NCBI GenBank assembly: GCA_003144275.1
Contig: NJBF01000019.1
Location: forward strand, 44,907-76,906
Reading direction: 5' to 3'
DNA: 32,000 nt
Origin: Candidatus Heimdallarchaeota archaeon B3_Heim
GTDB taxonomy: Archaea; Asgardarchaeota; Heimdallarchaeia; Hodarchaeales; Hodarchaeaceae
Below the pieces are notes generated by a model, which made no database searches, was not told where the DNA came from, and was given only the letters and a program-made list of their open reading frames with translations. Of the stretch, positions 26,526-32,000 are shown one piece after another; position 1 is the stretch's first letter; each line of letters opens with the position of its first letter. The position numbers and the translations under genes are program-made.

Positions 26526-28199
26526 TTGATTAAAATTTGTAAGGAAGAACACAAGATGGGTAAACGATCTAAAAGGAAATCCAAGCTTGAAGAATTACTT
26601 ATATTTTCTGATACACATATATCGAAATTCACTGGCTTTTTTCATCAGGACGCGTTTGAAACAGGAGCAATTTTAATTAATAAGAAGTTGAAACAGAACC
26701 CAGATGCTTTATTACTTCATTTAGGTGACATAACTGACTCTGGGACATATGAGGACTTTGAACTTTCAAAGGAGATACTTCAAACACGTTTTCCAACTGT
26801 AAAAGAGCTTTATACCATTCCAGGAAATCATGATGTACGGAACATAGGAGATCAGCTATGGAAGAGATTCTACGGTAACAGGCAGTTTTACATTGATACC
26901 CGAGAGAGGGGTGGAAATATGGTTATTCTGGGTATTGATTCCTCTGAACCTGATGAAAACACTGGTCGAATTGGCGACCGAGGCCTCGAAGCTATCGCCG
27001 AACTAGAAACCATACCAGACGACGTACTTAAAATTCTATGTTTTCATCATCATTTATTACCGATTCCTTCGACTGGGAGAGAAAGATCCATGATTTTAGA
27101 TGCTGGTGACGTTTTACCAGTGATCTGGAAGGCAGGTATAGATATTCTTATAACTGCACATCGACATTTTCCTAATAAATTTTTATTGTCTAATGGTGTA
27201 CGTAAGGCTTTGCTGATAAATTCAGGAACATTTAGTAGTTTCAAAACAAGAGGTACGGCAGGTCACACATTTGTGGACATAATTGTTAAGGATAAGAATA
27301 TTGATGTTCAATTCCATGGAATTGATGCTTACTCTAAATTCTTAACTGCAAATCAGGAAACTCAACAAATCTGGAAGGGAGAGTTAGCTACTAAAGCAAG
27401 TTATTTGGTTCCTGGTGAAAACGTGGTAACAAAAATATGTCAGTTCTCTGATACGCACTTCACGGACGGAAATGACTTTTTAGCTAAAATCTATGATCTA
27501 GGTATTAAGATGATGATTCGTGAAAAACCTAATGTCTTGATTCATACAGGTGATCTTACAAATGATTCTTATCCAGAGGATTTTGCGATAGCTAAGCTCA
27601 GATTACGAGAATTGAGAGAATTAGGAGTACCCTACCTTATTGTTCCAGGAACTCGTGATTTACAACCTTTTGGACGAGAGATGTGGGTACAACAGATCGG
27701 TCCTCTAGATCCTATATACGAAGATCCCACAGTCAGAATCTTAGGTATTAACACAGGTGCTGACGCTTCTGGTCATGTAGGTCGCAGCCGAATGCGGATG
27801 ATTGAGCAGGAATATGATTGTTATGGAAATTACAAATTTTTCTTAGTAGCGATGCATCATTCAGTTTTACCAATTCCAAGAAGTTACTTTAAAAGAGTAG
27901 TAAAGGACGCTGGTGATGTGATACAGTTTTTAACTTCTCATAATGTACCTCTCGTTCTATCAGGATTAGAACACTATGCCACGACAATGCAGGTCGAAAA
28001 TACAGTATTTGTGAATGCGGGTACATTTTCAAGCAAAAAAATCCGATCGCGTAGATTAAATACTTTCAATGTCATATCTGTCTATGAAAGTGGGCTGATC
28101 AATATCGAAGAGGTTGAAATACATTCTGGAATACGCCATAAGCTCGGATTGTATCGTATATCCCCTGAATGCTTAGATAAGGGGCCAGATGAGGCCTGA
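26526..28199 (+). CDS. Tandem calcineurin-like metallophosphoesterase (Icc/CpdA-like, two domains)
   Basis: Domain 1: SDTH, GDITD, GNHD, FHHH, AHRH. Domain 2: SDTH, GDLTN, GTRD, MHHS, GLEH. Likely start is ATG 26556. Confidence 0.88.
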   Translation: MIKICKEEHKMGKRSKRKSKLEELLIFSDTHISKFTGFFHQDAFETGAILINKKLKQNPDALLLHLGDITDSGTYEDFELSKEILQTRFPTVKELYTIPGNHDVRNIGDQLWKRFYGNRQFYIDTRERGGNMVILGIDSSEPDENTGRIGDRGLEAIAELETIPDDVLKILCFHHHLLPIPSTGRERSMILDAGDVLPVIWKAGIDILITAHRHFPNKFLLSNGVRKALLINSGTFSSFKTRGTAGHTFVDIIVKDKNIDVQFHGIDAYSKFLTANQETQQIWKGELATKASYLVPGENVVTKICQFSDTHFTDGNDFLAKIYDLGIKMMIREKPNVLIHTGDLTNDSYPEDFAIAKLRLRELRELGVPYLIVPGTRDLQPFGREMWVQQIGPLDPIYEDPTVRILGINTGADASGHVGRSRMRMIEQEYDCYGNYKFFLVAMHHSVLPIPRSYFKRVVKDAGDVIQFLTSHNVPLVLSGLEHYATTMQVENTVFVNAGTFSSKKIRSRRLNTFNVISVYESGLINIEEVEIHSGIRHKLGLYRISPECLDKGPDEA

Positions 28200-28215
28200 A
28201 ATGTAATAAAGTATC

Positions 28216-29355
28216 TTATTTTTGTTTTTTCCAAAATAACTGAGTGATTAGTGCACTAAATAACAGGATCTCTACATGAGGAATACTGCTTATACCGAAT
28301 AATCGTGGAGGGTTGGAGGTAATTGTTGTAGTTTTAACATAAGTTTGTGTAAGTTCTATCGCAGCTGAGGCATTTAGTATTCCATGTCCAGTTTCTGCAT
28401 CCCATCCAGAATCTCCTATGTCTAGTGCTGTAGAATAAAGAATGGAACGTATGTCATCCACCGAGAGATCGCTCCTTATTGATTTCATCAGTCCTATGAC
28501 ACCAGCGACGTGAGGCGCCGCATAGGACGTCCCCTGCCCGTAAAGATATCCACTTTTTACAGAAGTACTCCTCAACTGACCCCCTGGAGCCAGAATCTCA
28601 ACTTCCTCACCAATATTACTATAATATGCTTTTTCTCCATTTGAGTTCGACGCTCCAACTGCGATGACTTCAGAAAATCTGCCAGGTAATACCACTGATT
28701 CATTTCCTTCATCGGAATTTCCAGCTACCCCAATAACAGGAATATTAGCTGATACCGCAGACCGAATACTATCTCTGAATCCTGGAGGGCCTATCAATAA
28801 ATCGAGACTCATTATAATAACTGCTGCATTTTTTTGAGTCGCATATTCTACTGCTTCTTCTAATCCTGCTGGGTTAGGGATAAGAGTATTTCTATCAACT
28901 ACTCGTAAGGACATAACTTTTACTTTCGGAGCTATCCCAATTACTTCGCTATCATTTGCCGCAATAATCCCCGCAATAAATGTTCCATGGTAATGTATCT
29001 CGTCTTCGTCCTGCCAGCCTGGATTATTGTCCTGATTGATCCAATCCCATCCACTAAAATCATCAATATAGCCATTATTATCATCGTCTAGAGAATTATT
29101 GATAATCTCATCAGAGTTGATCCATTGAGCTTGAGATAAAGCAGGATGAGAAAAATCAATTCCTGAATCAATAACTGCAATGATAATATCTGTTCTCCCT
29201 GTAGTAATATTCCAAGCACCAGCTATACTGATTTGTTGAAGATTCCAAGGAAGATTAACAGGATTTGAAGTAGCTTGCGAAGTTTCTGGGATAGAACTAA
29301 TAGTTAATAACGTAGCAATGAAGGTAACAAAGAGCAAAGATTTCAAAGAATTCAT
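28216..29355 (-). CDS. Subtilisin-like S8 serine peptidase with signal peptide and C-terminal membrane anchor
   Basis: Catalytic triad motifs AVIDSGID, HGTFIAG and GTSYAAPHVAG; oxyanion AGNS; Thr-rich linker, hydrophobic helix and WKKQK. Confidence 0.93.
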   Translation of the reverse strand: MNSLKSLLFVTFIATLLTISSIPETSQATSNPVNLPWNLQQISIAGAWNITTGRTDIIIAVIDSGIDFSHPALSQAQWINSDEIINNSLDDDNNGYIDDFSGWDWINQDNNPGWQDEDEIHYHGTFIAGIIAANDSEVIGIAPKVKVMSLRVVDRNTLIPNPAGLEEAVEYATQKNAAVIIMSLDLLIGPPGFRDSIRSAVSANIPVIGVAGNSDEGNESVVLPGRFSEVIAVGASNSNGEKAYYSNIGEEVEILAPGGQLRSTSVKSGYLYGQGTSYAAPHVAGVIGLMKSIRSDLSVDDIRSILYSTALDIGDSGWDAETGHGILNASAAIELTQTYVKTTTITSNPPRLFGISSIPHVEILLFSALITQLFWKKQK

Positions 29356-29440
29356 TAAAATCTAGAGTTAATGCAAGTATGCAAAATTATAAAAGTTTGG
29401 GCATTAACAAAGACTTTTCAGGAAAATGATTTATCGGGAT

Positions 29441-30025
29441 TTAGGTGTTATATCGAGGAGATGATGGAAAAATTAGCAAAAGTTCTCCTCGTGAACGTTT
29501 TTTTATCACTTTGGAATGGAAACGGTAGGTATCAAAAATCTTTACGATCTTAGCTAAATCCTCACTTGTCACTAAGAAATGAAAAATAGGTGACTGGTGA
29601 TCAATCTGAATTTCGATTTTTCCAAACTTGTCTTTCACTCCTCCTCGTTTACTTTTCTCCCATTTGTTAAAACGCATATAAGATATATCCCCATATTGAT
29701 TATTATTCCGAATGAATAATGATCTCGAAAGTATAAGATTTTTCAAAGAACCTGAGCCATAAAATACCGAATGTTTGTTGAATTGAAGGTATTGATAATG
29801 TTTAGGTAGAGAAAATTGAATTAGAAAAGGCCAGCTCATTGGTACGATTAGGAGCGCTAGCAATTCAAGTAAAAGAAATGCAAATAATCCAATAATGGCA
29901 GTTGCGAGTGAAATGTCTCTTAGAAAGCCAGAAGTGTTCATAACCTCACATTTGAATATGATTAATTTATCATTCGGAGGATAAAAAACCCCATCTTTGA
30001 TCGATTGATCTTTGCGTTGAGCCAT
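29441..30025 (-). CDS. Hypothetical membrane protein (N-terminal TM hairpin, beta-rich cytoplasmic domain)
   Basis: Hydrophobic ISLATAIIGLFAFLLLELLALLIVPMSWPFLI followed by a basic, strand-rich region. No family recognised. Confidence 0.6.
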   Translation of the reverse strand: MAQRKDQSIKDGVFYPPNDKLIIFKCEVMNTSGFLRDISLATAIIGLFAFLLLELLALLIVPMSWPFLIQFSLPKHYQYLQFNKHSVFYGSGSLKNLILSRSLFIRNNNQYGDISYMRFNKWEKSKRGGVKDKFGKIEIQIDHQSPIFHFLVTSEDLAKIVKIFDTYRFHSKVIKKRSRGELLLIFPSSPRYNT

Positions 30026-30136
30026 TATTCATCTCTACAGAAATTCTACTTGATGTGAATAATATACGCTGGTTTATGAAACTCTTATATTTTCAGGGAT
30101 CCTAAGCGCCCTACGATTGATAGAAGAGGAAATCCT

Positions 30137-31525
30137 ATGCAACCTGATCTCTCATGCTTTTTTCACCCAGAATCAATAGCAATCATTGGTGTTAGTAGAA
30201 ATAGTTCCAAAGCGGGTTATGGTATCTTAAAGAATGTTCTTTGGACATTTTCTAGGACAGAAAAAATTTTTCCAATTAATCCTAAGGTAAAAGAAATACT
30301 AGGATTGAAAGTTTATCATTCCCTAAAGGAAGTCCCAGGAAACATTGATTTGGTAATATGTTTTGTTGCACCCAGAAGTATACCCTCTCTACTGAAAGAA
30401 TGTCACCAAAAAGGTGTAAAAGGGATAATTATTGAAAGTGCTGGGTTTGCAGAAGCGGGTAAGGAAGGAAAAGCCATACAAGAGGAAATAGGTCAACTTG
30501 GAAAGCAATTTAACATACGCATCTGGGGAGGAAATTGTATGGGAACAGTAACAGACGAGTTAATTACGACTTTCGAGCCAATTACTGCAGATATGAGGAG
30601 AAAAGGAGTTGTTTCAATCGTCGGTCAATCAGGGTATTTTTCTGGCGCAGTTATTTTACAATTATTCACAGAACGCTACACCGGTATCCGTAAAGCTGCA
30701 TCTATTGGGAATAGAATAGATATTGATGAATGTGATTTGCTCCAAGATTTCCTAAAGGATGAGGAAACTGAAGTTGCAGCATTTTATCTTGAAGGTTTGA
30801 AACGGCCACGAAAATTTTTAAAACTTGCTAAAGAGTTTACACAGTCTAAACCTCTGATTTGTTTACTTGGAGGTCAATCAGAAGTAGGTAGATTAGCTAC
30901 ACTAAGTCATACATCTAGTACTGCCCATGGTTCCCCTCAATTATTATCAGATCTACTAAAACAATCAAAAATTATACAAGCGACTGAATTTGGAGACTTT
31001 TTTAATATTTTAGAGGCCTTTGCTAAATTACCGCTACCTAATGGGAATCGTCTTGCAATCGTAACTATAACTGGTGCAGGAGGTGTTATTGGGGCAGATA
31101 TCGCAGCGAAATATAATATAAAAATACCTGAGTTCTCAGAATCGACAACACGAAAATTACAAAAGCTCTTCCCTGAATGGATGCCTCCAAAAAACCCTGT
31201 TGATTCATGGCCTGCTTTTGAAATTCATGGATTAGATGAAGCTCTCCGTCAAATTATACCAATTCTATGTGAAAGTAATGAAATTGACATGATTCTATTG
31301 ATGATTGCGGCGATGCAGGTTGCAATCACATTTGATCCCACCGTTTTACAGGATATGCAAAAATATAGGAAACCAATTATCACTTATATAGTGGGAGATA
31401 ATTCCATAAAATATCTATGGACTTCTCAGATTCGGTCCAATGGTGGAGTTGTTCATGATGATATCAATACTGCTGTTAAAATACTAGACTTGATGGCATC
31501 TCATTCTTTAACTAGAGAGACGTAA
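30137..31525 (+). CDS. Acyl/acetate-CoA ligase (ADP-forming) alpha subunit-like, CoA-binding
   Basis: FHPESIAIIGVS, IFPINP, ESAGFAE, IWGGNCMG, VGQSG, SIGN, FYLEG, phospho-His site SHTSS, ITGAGG and KNPVD. Confidence 0.9.
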   Translation: MQPDLSCFFHPESIAIIGVSRNSSKAGYGILKNVLWTFSRTEKIFPINPKVKEILGLKVYHSLKEVPGNIDLVICFVAPRSIPSLLKECHQKGVKGIIIESAGFAEAGKEGKAIQEEIGQLGKQFNIRIWGGNCMGTVTDELITTFEPITADMRRKGVVSIVGQSGYFSGAVILQLFTERYTGIRKAASIGNRIDIDECDLLQDFLKDEETEVAAFYLEGLKRPRKFLKLAKEFTQSKPLICLLGGQSEVGRLATLSHTSSTAHGSPQLLSDLLKQSKIIQATEFGDFFNILEAFAKLPLPNGNRLAIVTITGAGGVIGADIAAKYNIKIPEFSESTTRKLQKLFPEWMPPKNPVDSWPAFEIHGLDEALRQIIPILCESNEIDMILLMIAAMQVAITFDPTVLQDMQKYRKPIITYIVGDNSIKYLWTSQIRSNGGVVHDDINTAVKILDLMASHSLTRET

Positions 31526-31786
31526 CAGTAAGAATTATTGAAAAATTGAAATTGTGAAATAGTAGATCATCATAGTTTAATTGAATCACATTCGAGTTTT
31601 AGAAAATCTTTTCAAATGAATAATACAGATTATATTAGTATAGAAACTATGGGGTCTGAGCTTATTATTACAAACTCAACTTGCTGCACATTGAGAAAAT
31701 GAGGGTTCTCGATCGATGAGTAACTTCAATTCACTGGCATTTTTAAGTCTAATGGATTAGTTCATCACATTTTTATCACCTGACCT

Positions 31787-32000
31787 TTAAAATAACCTTT
31801 CCGCTATCAAGTAAGAGTTAGGCCACGGTTCCAAGTCCGAATAACGTAAATTCTCAAGTAATGATGTTAAATGGTCTTGCCAACGAGTAAAACCGAGAAG
31901 GAGAAGATAATAAAAGAGGATGATTTGTAATAAAGTTACTAACAAGCAATGGGTGACAAAACTCATCCAAGATTTCCCCAATGGACGTTTAATTGTTGTG
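31787..32000 (-). CDS. 3' end of a probable membrane protein entering from beyond the window
   Basis: The frame is open from the window edge (TTIKRPLGKSWMSFVTHCLLVTLLQIILFYYLLLLGF...AERLF*) and contains a TM-like segment. Confidence 0.45.
   Translation of the reverse strand, partial: TTIKRPLGKSWMSFVTHCLLVTLLQIILFYYLLLLGFTRWQDHLTSLLENLRYSDLEPWPNSYLIAERLF

Noticed and set aside
31526-31786. Possible small ORFs after the acyl-CoA ligase
   Set aside because: All frames stop within about 30 codons, with no recognisable motif.
1-32000. CRISPR arrays, tRNA/rRNA genes, transposases, integrases
   Set aside because: No regularly spaced repeats, cloverleaf or GC-rich structured RNA, or DDE/recombinase motifs were seen by eye; tRNAscan-SE/Infernal were not run.

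Overview
AT-rich, gene-dense archaeal chromosomal window. RadA, Cdc6/Orc1, a COG1107-type RecJ-like protein, GGAGG/GAGGTGA ribosome-binding sites and frequent TTG/GTG starts indicate an archaeon. The eukaryote-like RadA motifs and the surface proteins with a C-terminal TM plus basic tail suggest an Asgard (Heimdallarchaeia-like) genome; this is inference. Housekeeping and metabolic genes: partial hypE, two amidohydrolases, glyoxylate reductase, cdc6 divergent from radA, NTPase, glycerol kinase, HAD hydrolase, 2,4-diaminopentanoate dehydrogenase-like protein, MacB/FtsX-type ABC exporter, DNA methyltransferase, GNAT, RecJ-like protein, tandem metallophosphoesterase, S8 protease and ADP-forming acyl-CoA ligase alpha subunit. 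No rRNA, tRNA, CRISPR array or mobile element was recognised. The most unusual locus is a minus-strand operon (6017->3350). It pairs a CBS-pair/4-TM protein with a two-TM protein that carries a GAR/RGG-like N-terminus, nested GOLD-like extracellular modules, two zinc ribbons and a RING-like C-terminus. Also notable are a 67-aa RING-like ORF abutting the recJ-like stop codon, a surface-protein gene split by one in-frame TAA, and a coiled-coil/winged-helix protein.
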